This document shows, in pieces, positions 1 through 12,692 of a DNA stretch of 64,000 nucleotides. Origin of the DNA: Octopus sinensis. Its lineage: Eukaryota. The notes below the pieces were generated by a model. It searched no databases. It was not told the origin of the DNA and saw nothing but the letters and a program-made list of their open reading frames with translations. Position numbers and translations under genes: made by a program. How positions within the stretch are numbered: position 1 is the stretch's first letter; every line of letters begins with the position of its first letter. The DNA is taken from NCBI RefSeq assembly GCF_006345805.1, contig NC_043013.1:42842001-42906000 (forward strand). The letters are read 5' to 3'.

Positions 1-5
1 AGGAG

Positions 6-439
6 TCACCAGTCTATGATGCCAGAAATCAATATACCACTAAAACAGACCAAATATCTATCTTCTGACCCCTTCAAAAGCTCACTCTCTTCTTTACCAA
101 CCTTTCTCCATGTTATATCAGCCTTCTTGAGCACCCGGTCAATTAGTTCAATTTCAGCCAACTGTTCTTCAGTCAAAGAACAGACATCAGCTACAATGAA
201 AAAAAAAAAAGAGATTTTTAAAAAATCTGCTCAATGCCAACCATACATAAATTTGGGTAAATTTGATTTCTAGAGAATCAAGAATCATGACATTTTGAAC
301 AAAGCTTGTTACTGGAGAGTAAGAAATTTTTTTTTTTACAAGTTTATGATAGCAATGAAAACAATTCGATAGATACAAGTATGTGTGTGTGTGTAGACAC
401 ATATATCCATACATATGTATGTATACATATACACAGATA

Positions 440-485
<46 letters not shown>

Positions 486-949
486 TATTATTATTATTTG
501 TAAGGTTTATTTGAATCCCTGTTGGTGCAGCGAGATGTGGTTTACCCCAAGTGATGTTTCTTTACAAATATCTTACATCTGACAGCAGTAAAACAAGTAT
601 TCTCCCATGTAATTTCCTGCCAATGCCCACAGAGTTGATACATTAGGTTACTCAGTCTACTGTTGGCAAAGGGAGGAAGTATATCTACAGCGATTGCATC
701 TCAGAGTGTAGCAAACCCCTCTGCATTTTATAAGTAACTAGCAGTATAACCCGGCCTTGCCCGGGATTAAGTTACGATTATTAAGCTAATCAAGTTCTTT
801 ATTTCAAACCAAAACAATAACAAAATAAAAATATCTTACCTTGGTCAGGAAGTGCTAAAGCATTGTTTGTTTGGTTTTTATCCACAACATTTTTATCAGC
901 AATAGTTTCGTTTCTCTTCACCTCACATTCTCCTTTATGACTTAGATAC
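6..949 (-). CDS. Exons of an unidentified gene or pseudogene: 840-949, 577-720 (or 577-684), and 190 down to a stop at 6-8 (or an earlier donor)
   Basis: AG/GT-bounded segments with compatible phases translate to YLSHKGECEVKRNETIADKNVVDKNQTNNALALPDQ / EGFATL*DAIAVDILPPFANSRLSNLMYQLCGHWQEITWENTCFTAVR / SDVCSLTEEQLAEIELIDRVLKKADITWRKVGKEE.... There is an in-frame TGA at 701-703. Family not recognised. Confidence 0.45.
738..775 (-). mobile_element. Helitron-like 3' terminus
   Basis: On the minus strand, a CCCGGGCAAGGCCGGG hairpin lies about 10 nt upstream of CTAG followed by T. The other end was not located. Confidence 0.5.
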
Positions 950-1232
950 CTGCCGTTTTAATGATGATTTATAGTAAACAGCGACGTGTACAGTGAATGA
1001 CATAACAATACGTAGTGATGTCAGTATTTGACAACCTACAATTTTACAATTGCATGCAAGAAAGCGGGGTCACCATCTTGTATGTAAAACGACAAGAAAA
1101 ATAAGAACTTGTGAGATGTTCGTAAGTCATAACATATTTATTATTGGATGTAATGCGTTTACGTATAAGAATGGTTTGAAAGAAAAGGCTTGTAATGTAT
1201 TACATGATCATACTTTGCAACTACATGTCCCA

Positions 1233-1925
1233 ATCATCATCATCACCATCGTTTAACGTCCGCTTTCCATGCTAGCATGGGTTGGACGATTTTGAATGAG
1301 GGCTGGCGAACCAAATGGCTGCACCGGGCTCCAATCTAGATTTGGCAGAGTTTCTACAGCTGGATGCCCTTCTTCACGCCAACCACTCCGAGAGTGTAGT
1401 GCGTGCTTTTTACGCCTAAGAACTGACAGGCAAAGGGAGCGTGAAATTAAAATTGTGTTCTCTTTATATAAGGGATGAACCAGAAGTCTCTGACTTCCTC
1501 ATCATCCAGAAGTTAATTGAAAGCTTCTAGAATATCTGAGAATTTTCAAGAAGGTCGAGGGAGATTCCTCTCACTAGATCCCTTTTTCGTTTTGCTTTCC
1601 TGCTTGACTACAAGGGGTCACTACAAATATCATCATCATCATTTAGCGTCCGCTTTCCATGCTGGCATGGGTTGGACAGTTCAACTGGGGTCTGTGAAAC
1701 CAGAAGGCTGCACCAGGCCCAGTCTGACCTGGCAATGCTTCTACGGCTGGATGCCCTTCCTAACGCCAACCACTCCGTGAGTGTATTGGGTGCCTTTTAC
1801 GTGCCACTGGCACGGGGGCCAGGCGAGGCTGGCAACGGCCACGATTGGATGGTGCATTTTACGTGCCACCAGTACGGGGGCCAGGTGAGGCTGGCAATGG
1901 CCACGATCAGATGGTATAACTAGCA
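1233..1925 (-). mobile_element. Two RTE-type LINE 3' tail fragments (about 1233-1425 and 1627-1925)
   Basis: (CAT)n followed by the recurring cgtccgctttccatgct(a/g)gcatgggttggac motif. The same tail is attached to RTE RT coding sequence at 55.3 kb. Confidence 0.75.
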
Positions 1926-3769
1926 ATTCAAATAAGATTGTTGGTTCAGTTTGTCAAGCAACTTACTGAAGCACTACATCCAAATTCTATATAAAAATGA
2001 AAATATAAGAACGATGACGAGTGTCAGATAAAAATCACAGATGAGAACACAACTGACCACATATAGACACAACAGTAGACAGGTCAAACCTCTTCTGTCC
2101 TATGATATGTACAACATATAGGATACATAATCATTCAGAGATAAACTACTCCACAGTCATCATTATCATGATCTAACATGCGTGCTCCATGCTGGCATGG
2201 GTTGAACAGTTTGATAGGATCTGATGGGCCTAAGGACTGCATTGTTTATTTTGGTTAGGTTTCCATGGCTGACACCCTTCCTATTGCCAACCACTTTGTG
2301 TACTGCATGCTTTTTTTCTCATCCCCTAGTACTAATGAGGTCACTATGCAGCTCGCACAGCTATGAAACTCAAGGTAGGGAAAATTTTGTGTGTAACCAA
2401 AACAAAACATTTTCTGCAGAAGTATGAGTGAACACTCACTCTCATATAAAAATAAAAAGATATACACGTATAGCATTAATTATTTCATTCCAGTTAATTT
2501 TTCAGTCAATAAAATGGCATTAACAAGCTTTGCTATTTACAGAGCTCCATCATGGCCTCTAATTTTTATTTGTACTTTCCCCATAGTCCTATTTCAGCTC
2601 TAACACTGCAATAGCAAATATAAGTACATTGTGATAACTGAATGATGTATGCAAAAAATTCTAAATCAATTGAGATCGATTGCTTCTTGAGGAAAGCAAA
2701 TAGAATCCTAGAATCAATGAGCAGGGGAAATTTTGATCTGTTAGGAGGCAAGCTGAAAACTACAGGATATGTTTCTACTGCTAGTTTTTGTTGTTTTTTT
2801 TTCTTTCTTCAAATATTAAGAACGTTTTTGTACATGTACACCATTCAGTATGTCATCAACTATCCGTATTATCTAAATTATGGCATTGGCCTACATGAGT
2901 TATGTTTCCTTCAACTCACATTTTGGAAATATAACAACTACAGACAAGCCAGTCTCTATGCAGCTGCTCAATCTGCTGCAATAAAGTCAAATATCACCCC
3001 TCCGTGTTGGATAAATCAGTTGCGGCTGATATGTTTTTCATCACAGACCTGTTTTATCAGAGTAGACCTGGAGTGAGACAATAATGATAAATGCAGGTGC
3101 AGACAGCTGTGTGGTAAGAAGCTTGCTTCCCAACCACATAGCTTCAGGTTCAGTCTCAGTGCGTGGCAGCATGGAAAAATGTCTTTTAGTGTAGGCACCG
3201 CACCAACCAAAGCCTTGTGAGTAGATTTAGCAGATGGAAACTGACAGAAGCCTGTCATGTGTGTGTGTGTGTGTGTGTTACTGTCTCCTTGCTTTGACTT
3301 CATGTGATGGCTGAAATGAGTGCCACATCATGCAGGTGTTGTCTGTTTCCAATCTTCCCTGAAAATATGACTGGTCATGTGGAGATATGGTCATGCTTGA
3401 AAATAAGGAGGTTTGGCAACAGAAAGGTCATCTGGCTGTAGAAAATCCACTCTAACAAACTCCATCTGGCCCATGCAAGCACAGAAGAGTGGATGTGAAA
3501 CAATTATGATGATGTTTCCACATAGACAGATGCATGGAGATCTCTTATGCAGACAATGCTGTGAAAAAATTAGTACAGTAAAGCAAGTGAGGATATCATT
3601 CCCCTTACTTCAATATAGAACAACTGGTGGCCTAACTCGAAACAAAACTGCCAAACTTACGCTTTCTTAAATAATTTCTTGTTTTCAATAGACCGACTCT
3701 CCAATTCTTCCTTTTTACCTTCAACATACTGTAAAATGTATTCAAGAACTGAAGTCAATCTGTGGACAA

Positions 3770-3910
3770 AAAATGGAATCATGAAGTTGCCAGAAAGATG
3801 GCAAAAGATCATCAAACAAAATGGAAAATATATAATTGATTAAAGTTCATTCTTTGTATGACTTCTATTTCACAATAAAAAACAGAAATTACTTTCTTGC
3901 CAACCTAATA
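3770..3910 (+). mobile_element. Mariner transposon 3' end
   Basis: Translates to GIMKLPERWQKIIKQNGKYII (mariner transposase C-terminus), followed by a TIR-like ttactttcttgccaacctaata ending in TA. Confidence 0.75.
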
Positions 3911-3999
3911 GTTATCGAATTTAATTGTGTTCTATGTAATGTATGTATTGAATACAGGATAGATAGCATATTTGTATTTTCTTTCTTTTTTTTTCCTAC

Positions 4000-4205
4000 T
4001 CTAGGTACAAGGCACGAAATTTTGAAGGAGGGGGGGCAGTCGATTAGCTCGGCCTCAGTACACAACTGGTACTTAATTTATCAACCCCCGAAAGGATGAA
4101 AGGCAAAGTCGATCTCGGCGGAATTTGAACTCAGAACATAAAGACAGATGAAATACGCTAAGCATTTCGCCAGGCGTGCTAACGTTCCTGCCAGCTCACC
4201 GCCTT
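4000..4205 (-). mobile_element. tRNA-derived SINE, family 2 (ggcggcgagctggcagaaacgttagcacg head)
   Basis: Reverse-complement match to the copy at 6416-6648. Confidence 0.8.
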
Positions 4206-4756
4206 GTATTTTGTATTATTATAAGCCACCAATGTATGGAAGAATATTGTGAACAGACTTCCATAAGAGAAACATTAAAATCAGTAGCAGACCACCTATG
4301 ATCAAAGCATTCCAAGACATTAAAAGCAGCAATAATTCCAATAATGAAACCTAAGAGATAATAAACTGAGTCTACGAACTGTCCCGTGACAGGTGAGCTA
4401 GGCCTGAATACTAAACACAATCAATGACCATAATGAAGCGCATAATAATTGATCTTTTGCGGACTACTTCAACCAGATTCGAAACTGCAGCGCATTCTTC
4501 GAGCAGTTATCTAGACGATCTTCTTTTTCAGGAACAGAGACTCCTTAAAAATGCGACGCTTTCATCTTACCTAGTCAATTTCAGGTTTGCACAGGGACAT
4601 CCTTCTGATTCGCCAACGCTATTCTTTGCGCATACCATAGTCGTTGTCCTATATTTTCGTGTTGACATCAAAAGAGAAGATGAGTCGACAAGTGTCTCTG
4701 TGTGGATCCTGAATCTGCTAGAAATGGCAGCCAAAACCATCTCAAATTACACCCTG

Positions 4757-4978
4757 GGATACACAATATCCGAGAGGATGGGACACTTATGGGATACCCT
4801 ATGATACACAATACCCGAGAGGACGGGTCATTTATGGGATACCCTACGATACACAATACCCGAGAGGATGGGACAGTTATGGGAAACCCTACGATACACA
4901 ATGTCCGAGAGGTCGGGACACTTATGGGATACCCTACGATACACAATATCCGAGAGGACGGGACATTTATAGGATACC
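4757..4978. repeat. 45-bp minisatellite, about 5 copies, plus a further degenerate unit at about 5201-5240
   Basis: gatacacaat recurs at 4758, 4803, 4848, 4893 and 4938. Confidence 0.9.
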
Positions 4979-5200
4979 TATTTCTTTATTACCCACAAGG
5001 GGCTAAACATAGATGGGACAAACAAGGACAGACATAGGTATTAAGTCGATTACATCGACCCCAGTGCGAAACTGGTACTTTATTTATCGACCCCGAAAGG
5101 ATGAAAGGTAAAGTCGACCTCGGCGGAATTTGAACTCAGAACGTAACGACAGACGAAATACCGCTAAGCATTTCGCCCGGCGTGCTAACGTTTCTGCCAG
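4979..5200 (-). mobile_element. SINE family 2 inserted into the minisatellite
   Basis: Reverse complement of the 6416-6648 element, with minisatellite units on both sides. Confidence 0.85.
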
Positions 5201-6415
5201 TACGATACAGAATATTCGAGAGGACGGGACAGTTATGGTTGGAATGCTTTGATCAAAAGTCTATTTGATTAAGGTTGACCTAGAGCTAACACAAAATATT
5301 TGAGTATCGTGAGGATAGCAGTGTGGCGGGAGGTGAAAGTCGAGTTTACACAACCTGAAAAAAGGCGGCTAATTCAAACTTTGAAATGGCGGAATTCTGA
5401 TTTAAGCATGTCATATTTTCCCTCATAACTTTTTGCTTTTCAGAATTTTCAGGAAATTTTTTGCGAATTTGTATTCTACACGTGGGAATTTTCAGTTTTT
5501 CGAATTTTTTTTTTTTTTAATCATAATTTGAAATACAGTCCGAATGTTTTGCATTAAATCCCAGCAATAAATGTTATCAAAGAAAGGAAAACTGCACCGG
5601 ACAAATTATTACGAACATTTTCCCCCCTAAATCTTTGTATTTTAAATACAGTTTTATTCTTTAGCTCTTCGGGTACGTAGAATGTTTTCTTTGTAAAGAT
5701 TACCTCAATGTTGACTTTCTTACAATAAAAAATATAAACGTTTCGCTTCCATTACCGCCTCTAATTTTTGTACTCCGATATTACAAAACTTAAGGCCCCT
5801 TTGGTTTTAACCCAAAGCTTTAAAATCTACCAAAAGTGCGAAGAGGTAAAAATTTGGTAAAAAGTTTGTCTTACTTAGAAATGTGTTTTGTTTTATCTGT
5901 TGAAGAGACATAATCGGCCGTTGCCATATATTCATTAATAGTACTTGCTACGAAGAGATGTGTGCTTATTCACAGGGTGTATCGACGTTAGAAGTGTTGT
6001 AACAGAACATCATTTCATAATAAATATGAATATATTACACAGAGGAATTAATCTTAAATCAGTGTTAAAGCGCTGACATGTTGTAATAACAATGTGACAT
6101 CGCACTCTAGTGGTCACTAGCAACCAAATTAACAAAGGGGAAATAATTAGGTAGTTACAACGGTAACTAATTGAAAAGCAAATTTGGGAATGGGGAATGA
6201 AAGAAACTGAGAAATAAAATTGCCACTTAAAGTAGAATTTTAAAATAGCCCTTAAAATAAATTACTTTAGTCAATTACAACAATACAAATAGGAAATTAA
6301 TCGACGAATTACTTTAAGTTTTCAGACCTTCAAGAGAGGAAGTTCAATTATTAAAAAAAAAAAGCAGAGTTTTACAATGAATGCACCATCTATAAAACAA
6401 CTTAACAACCAAGAA

Positions 6416-6648
6416 GGCGGCAAGCTGGCAGAAACGTTAGCACGCCGGGCGAAATGCGTAGCCGTATTTCGTCTGGCATTACGTTCTGAGTTCAAATTCC
6501 GCCGAGGTCGACTTTACCTTTCATCCTTTCGGGGTCGATAAATTAAGTACCAGTTACGCACTGGGGTCGATATAACCGACTTAATCCGTTTGTCTGTCCT
6601 TGTTTGTCCCCTCTATGTTTAACCCTTTGTGGGTAGTAAACAAATAAT
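6416..6648 (+). mobile_element. tRNA-derived SINE, family 2, near full length
   Basis: ggcggcaagctggcagaaacgttagcacgccgggcgaaatg...gagttcaaattcc (A/B-box-like head). Other copies at 4.0, 5.0 and 52.6 kb. Confidence 0.85.
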
Positions 6649-8289
6649 TAACAAGCAAGACCACCAATATAATCCATGTGGAATAAGGCGAAAGGACAAT
6701 GAAGCAATTAAATGTATCAGAGAACAAAACATAACTAAATGATATCGTAAATGAGTAGAATCCAAAGGAACTAGTGACGTTCTAAATAGGCAAATAATAG
6801 TTTCGAACTTTGGTCAGTAGTTTTAGAGGAGCAGGTTAGTCAATTCCATCAAGCTAGTGGTACATATTTTATCAGCCACGAAAAGAAAAATGGGAAAAAA
6901 AGACAAAGCAGAATTTGAATTCAGAAAGTGAAGTCAAAAGAAATGCCCCTAAACATTTTGTCCGAGGCTCTGACGATTCTGTGGCTCGCTGCCTTACATC
7001 GACAAATAATAAAAGAAATTGTTGTTACATTTGGTAATCGATGAAATTGAATTCAGCTGGACATGTCTAGAGGATGAAGGACGAAACAGTTAACAGGCTG
7101 GATTCCGAAATACCACAAAAGAAACACAGAATGACAATTGTAAGATGAAGGCACAGATGAGGAATTCAAAACCGAAGACTGATGAAATACTGACCACTCA
7201 CACATCTCTAAATACACCTTTGTGGAGGTCTAGCCTGACCCTGCCTGAAATTTGAAACCAAATCCACCGGCTTGTTGCTTATCAAAACGAGCGGGAAATC
7301 CTCCACACTAGATGATTAATGAGGAAACGCTCCACCCGCTAGGACCTGTACTGGTCAAGAAAAGGTCAGTCCCTTGTTTAAGGTTTGACTTACATTACTG
7401 ACCTTAGCCTATATAACAGAGAATTTTCTGTCTCTTCCGCTACTCATCACGCTACAGGGTGATATGCTTGTGACCCTGAGATAGCTGCTGATGATGAAGG
7501 AGGGTTTCCTACATTGCTATGCATTCAGAAACTCTTGCAAAACCTAAGTAGCACCTACCAGTTTCTGTATGGGAGCAAAGCGTCTTCGATGTTTATTTCA
7601 TTTGGACAGTGTGGGAGCCTAGAAGAGTTGCAGACAAAGACGATAATTTGAAAGAGGGTGAAGTGAAATATTTATCCTGAATGCAGGAAGAGATATGGTC
7701 GAATTATTGTTGGTTGGAAGAAATAAGAGCAGCAGAGGAAGGTGTAGCAGGCTAGATTTGATGTGCCATATCAATTCGATATGAGGTAGCCCACTACTAA
7801 ATGTAGCTTCAAGGTTCTCGCGTCGGAGTAACCAGTGAACATCGAAGAATTAACTCCAAGAAGGAAGGTTATTTACAAATATTTATTTGTTTATCCGACT
7901 AGCGAAATACGACAACTTTAACACGAAATAACTTCGAAAATAGAAACTTTTCTCAACAACGCTAAGAGTAAAAGATGTTCTATATGACACATTCTACCAG
8001 TATCCAAAGTTTCAAAGTGTTTAGTTAAAGAAAATTAATTAATTGAGTTGCCCATCAAAAGGTAAAGATCCCGAGATAGTACACCGCATCTTTTGTGTGT
8101 GTGTATGCGTTTGTCATTTAGTCGGGTTGTGTGGTTTTTTTCTTCCGTCAGCTCGGGATCTGCAACTGCTACTGTCTTGTGGGTTATGTGAAGGGCAATT
8201 TTTCATAACCATGAAAAAACAATTTTTTTTTACTCGTTGATATGGACATTTCAATTGAAATGACGGGAAGCTGAAGAATTTGTACTTAC

Positions 8290-9200
8290 CCGAAAGACTT
8301 GAACATACCTTGCGAGCCATCAAACTGTTCTTCCCGATTTGGTGTGCCGGCATTGTGCAGAATCTGAGGTGTTTGCGAAGGTTGAAGCTGACGTTGTTGA
8401 GTCAGTTTGAGAAATGATTGGAATTGATAGTAAATCCTGTTCTAAGAATGCTTTTTTTTTTTAAGCGATCAACAGTGACAGTATTTAGTTTTCCCTTAAT
8501 ATCAAGAACGAAATACTTTGGTTCTTTGTGGGTTACTTTGTAGGGCCTGGAATATGGTGGCCAAAGTCGATAAGATATTCCATCATTTCTGGCGAAAACA
8601 TGCGTCCAAGTATTGATGTCCTTTGGACTTGTGATGTGACGTTCTGTTGTCTGAGGCCTGCAGGGGACAAATGCAACATAGATGTCCGTATTTTGCTAGG
8701 TCGGGAAACTCTTGTGGTGAAACAGGGTCGATCATCTGCCCAGGTAAGACGAGTGCAGTGCCATAGATCAGTTCAGCCGGAGTATGGCCAACTCCCTCCT
8801 TAACCGTTGTAGTGGTTAGGTGTGTATCATGGAAAACAGATGCAAATGGAATGTATATGTCTTTAAAGTAAACAAATGCGTGAACTGATCCATAATCGAA
8901 AATAATGTATTCACTGGACTTGATTTGTTATAGGTACACTTAATTCTTCATTACATACAAAATGTTGACAACTGCTACGAGTTGCTAGAAATATAAACAG
9001 GGTACATTTGTGGAAATCATATATCAGGAATGAATATGTTTGTATGTGTGCGTAGTTTATTTGAGACAGTAGTCTATCGTGGCACTTCGAACATTCTGTG
9101 CGGTCATTCAAAACCTGTTGTGTGGTCGACCTTCCTCGATGCCTGCAGGGATTTTCTTTCTCTTCGTCTCTGTTGATCAGCGTATTTATAATAATCGTGG
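8290..9200 (-). mobile_element. Decayed Ty3/Gypsy LTR retrotransposon integrase fragment
   Basis: Minus-strand translations TTVKEGVGHTPAELIYGTALVLPGQM, WTHVFARNDG...PPYSRPYKV...IKGKLNTVTVDRLK and HTKSGRTV*W match Gypsy integrase C-terminal motifs, with stops and frameshifts. Confidence 0.8.
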
Positions 9201-10792
9201 CAGCTAGAAAGACAGGCATACTGCGACAGAGTTTGTACCTAAATAGGTCAGCTCATGTCCATTTGAACTTCGCCTGACATGGCTGAGGTCGTAGGTCAAA
9301 GGGAGATGATCAATCAATTTTTGACAGGACAAAGAAAACCTTTTTTCGCACCTGTTGATCGTCGTGGTTTGGACGACCGAGAATTCTTAGATTCGCTTTT
9401 GAATCTCGGCTTGGAGAAGGAAGTGTTAATTTTTACATCGTGGATTCAATACCAAGGGAGATGAGTGGAAGATATTCCATTCAGAAATGTAAATAAACCC
9501 ATGTGGGTTTATAATTGGCAGTTATGGTACTTGTACCAAAAGATCGCCACTACTCTGATCGGTTGGTATTGGCACAATTTGTCTCTTACTCGGTCACGCC
9601 AGCTTGCCGTGTATAACTAGTCGGAGGCTCTAAATAGGATCACGGGCGACAGACTTTTTACTACCCTGTTTTAGCCTACAGCTCCTTATAAAAAAAAAAC
9701 TCAGCTTTTCCTCGTTCCAAAGTTTTGGGTTCCAGACCTTTTAAGGTCTAACCACTGACCACAAAGACACAGCTAGTTCCAGCGACAGTACTGACTTGCC
9801 AACTTTGTCACAAGGAGATTTAACAGCATTGTGGTAACCTCTTTCTTCGTTGCCACCATCATGTCCTTAACGTTGTCAACATCATCTCTCTTCGAACACA
9901 GCTCAACAAGCAATTCACCCAGGTTTCAACAGTTCAGTTTGTAAATCATTTCACTACGGATCAACAGCGAATATACAACCTGCATGAACTCCTGTATCAA
10001 GTGACCCAGGCAGCAGCTTCACAGCCACGACTTCACGTACGACATGTACCTGTTACCGGATCAGCAACATGACCACGACTTCTTGATACGGTATTTCACC
10101 TACCGGATACAACTTACTACGAACTGGTATTATCATCTTTCTTGTGTCTATGAACTTCTCACTTCGATGGCAATAGACATTTTTCACTATCTTCTTCACT
10201 TAAATGTTCTTAACACACGCGCATACATCTATGCTTACACAAACACATACATTTCATTCTCATGACGGCCTGTCTATTATTCTGTATACATGACGCACAC
10301 ACATATTAACATCCATAAATGTTCTCTTAATCATTCTTCGCGGTTGTGTTTCTTTTCCACCTGGCATTTATTTGTTCTATCCAATTTCTCTTTATTGTAA
10401 CGGTTTGTGTGATGTGGTACGAAAGAGCCATTCTCGTCACCCCGTATCGCACAGCTCTTACACAATCCTTAATTCTCTACATCAATTAGTTTCATCCCCT
10501 ATATGCATTCCTACACACACACACAACATTCCACTCACAAGGCTTTGGTCAACCCGAGGTTATAGTAGAAGACATTTGCCCAAGGTGCCACGGAGTGGGA
10601 CTGAACCAGGAACCATGTGATCGAAAAACAAACTTCTTTATTTCATTGGACAACAGCAAAAATGAAATGAATGATGAGCAAAATAATGATATTGGTGAGA
10701 GAAACAGACGATGCCTGCCGATCGATGCTTCCCAAGAACATTGTTCTTTTTTTTCTCTTTTATAAAACCAATTGAGGTTATAAACCTCTTAC

Positions 10793-10872
10793 TATACAGA
10801 AGGTCCTTTCAAATGAGGCACTAAGCCTCTTACATTTTTCACAAATGGCCTCCACGTCCTTACAAAAGCCAT
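10793..10872 (-). CDS. Probable first coding exon of the unidentified left-hand gene
   Basis: ATG at 10872 gives MAFVRTWRPFVKNVRGLVPHLKGPSV followed by a gtaaga donor. Basic and acid-free, like a mitochondrial targeting peptide. Linkage to the exons at 6-949 is not demonstrated. Confidence 0.45.
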
Positions 10873-11061
10873 GTCTGTTCCTACTTAAAGAATTTTTTCA
10901 GTTTTCAAACCCACACTGATATAGTTTTGCATACTTTCGACGAAAATTGCATTTATTTTTTCGAAACATTAATAATAAAGAAGTTACAAGCATTTAAATT
11001 GCGTAAATTTTAGCCAAACTATTAAGTCCGGTGTTTTCACAAGCATAAGTAGAAACCGTTT

Positions 11062-11751
11062 GTTGCCATGGCAACTCCAGTGTAGCGTTGTTTACCTTCG
11101 GAACTGTATACAAAGTTTTGAAAATGATAACATACAGGGAACCGTCAAAATTGAATGAAAGGCGAGGTTTTGAAACTAAAAACATTACGGAACCTTAAAT
11201 GTTATATAGTGAATAAAAAAAATTCCAGGTTTTTTTTTTTTTTTAAGATAAATCAAAACAACAACAAGTTTCCATAGTAGCAAGCAAAGCTGTCACCACC
11301 ACAAGTTTCGGCGAACGATTTCACGTTCTTTCAAGAAAAACAATTTTCAATGATTTAAAACTCTCATATTTCAGAAATTGTTGGGTATAATTTTCGACAC
11401 AGAACGGTGAACCACAGCTCTGAGGTTATTAACTTTAAATTAGGATCTATACGCAACAATGTACGTGCCCTTTAAAACGATGGTGTGGTAGCCACCGTTC
11501 TATGGTTGACTCGTATCTTTGCGGGTATACGTGACGCAAAAAGTACGAAAATTCAGACAAACTGTTGGAGTTTATCGAATAATTTATAATTTTCGTTTAA
11601 GAAACTCTGGAGAAGAATTCCGACTGGATCTGGTCAAGGAAATTAAAATGGCTACCGTTTAAAAGCAATATTTTCGTATTTTAATACTAAGGGAAGTAAC
11701 TCACGATCAGTCTATGTGGTAGCATTCACGTTTCACCGTTGCCATGATAAA
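11062..11751. promoter_or_regulatory. Promoter-like region with three RFX X-box motifs
   Basis: Perfect palindrome GTTGCCATGGCAAC at 11062-11075; near matches GTTTCCATAGTAGC (11268-11281) and GTTGCCATGATAAA (11738-11751). Relatively CpG-rich and repeat-free. Confidence 0.6.
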
Positions 11752-12302
11752 ACGTTAATTCTTTACTTAAGTTGTAGATTTGAAGGCTGAAGACAACAGA
11801 GAACAGTTCCAACAAGATGGAATTTCTCATCGGTTAGTCTCTGCTATCTAAGTGGCTAAAAAGAATCAGTAGAAGGGCACCCAGGTGTTATGACGTAGAT
11901 GCAACCAAGCCTTCTTAAGGTTAAGAAGGGGTTTCTTCTCAGAAGACCTACTGTTTAGCTTTCTTGAGAGTTTCATAGCACGAATATTATAATTTATTCG
12001 ATAAACTTCTAGTGCATCTCAAACTTGCGTTTTTGAATTTCTGATTTGTTTACATGAACATTTAAAATATATCTCCCGGTTTGTTTTTTGCTTTTCCACA
12101 AAAAATTAACATTGAGGATTTTGGGGTTTTTTTGTTGTTTTCGTATTTGACCGTTCGTTTCACATGGCTTTATTCATTAAAACTCATTACAGCTTCTCAC
12201 AACATTCGTAATTGCTAACGTACAGCTATCACATCAAGGAAGAGAATGCGCATCTTCCAAATCCTGTTTTCTGATTGGCTAAAAATTATCAAACTTAACA
12301 TA

Positions 12303-12692
12303 CTCTCTTTTTACTCTTTTACTTGTTTCAGTCATTTGACTGCAGCCATGCTGGAGCACCGCCTTCAGTCGAGCAAATAGACCCCAGGACTTATTCTTTG
12401 GAAGCCTAGTACTTATTCTATCGGTCTCTTTTGCCGAACCGCTAAGTTATGAGGACGTAAACATACCACCATCGGTTGTCAAGCGATGTTGGAAGGACAA
12501 ACACAGACACATACACACACATATATATACGACGGGCTTCTTTCAGTTTCTGCCTACTAAATCCACTCACAAGGCTTTGGTTGGCCCGAGGCTATAGTAG
12601 AAGATACTTGCCCAAGGTGTGACACTGTGGGAATGAACCCAGAACCATGTGGTTGGTAAGCAAGCTACTTACCACACAGCCACTCCTGCGCC
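12303..12692 (-). mobile_element. tRNA-derived SINE, family 1, full length
   Basis: Reverse complement of the 26631-27024 element (ggcgcaggagtggctgtgtggtaag head, aaaagagt tail). Confidence 0.9.

Noticed and set aside
701-703. Selenocysteine codon
   Set aside because: No recognisable selenoprotein motif, and any SECIS would lie outside the window. CGA>TGA or an alternative acceptor is simpler.
2566-3076. ORFs 2566..2751 (-) and 2642..3076 (+) as exons of the left-hand gene
   Set aside because: No convincing donor or recognisable protein, and neighbouring frames are full of stops.
4424-4804. 126-aa plus-strand ORF
   Set aside because: No recognisable homology or splice context, and it runs into the minisatellite.
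4757-4978. 45-bp repeat array as a CRISPR array or repeat protein (ORF 4702..5037)
   Set aside because: Units are contiguous with no unique spacers, the context is eukaryotic, and the ORF is only a by-product of a unit length divisible by 3.
6990-7770. Possible second LTR element start (ACA|TTTGGT, PBS-like)
   Set aside because: No matching LTR pair or gag/pol motif could be read with confidence.
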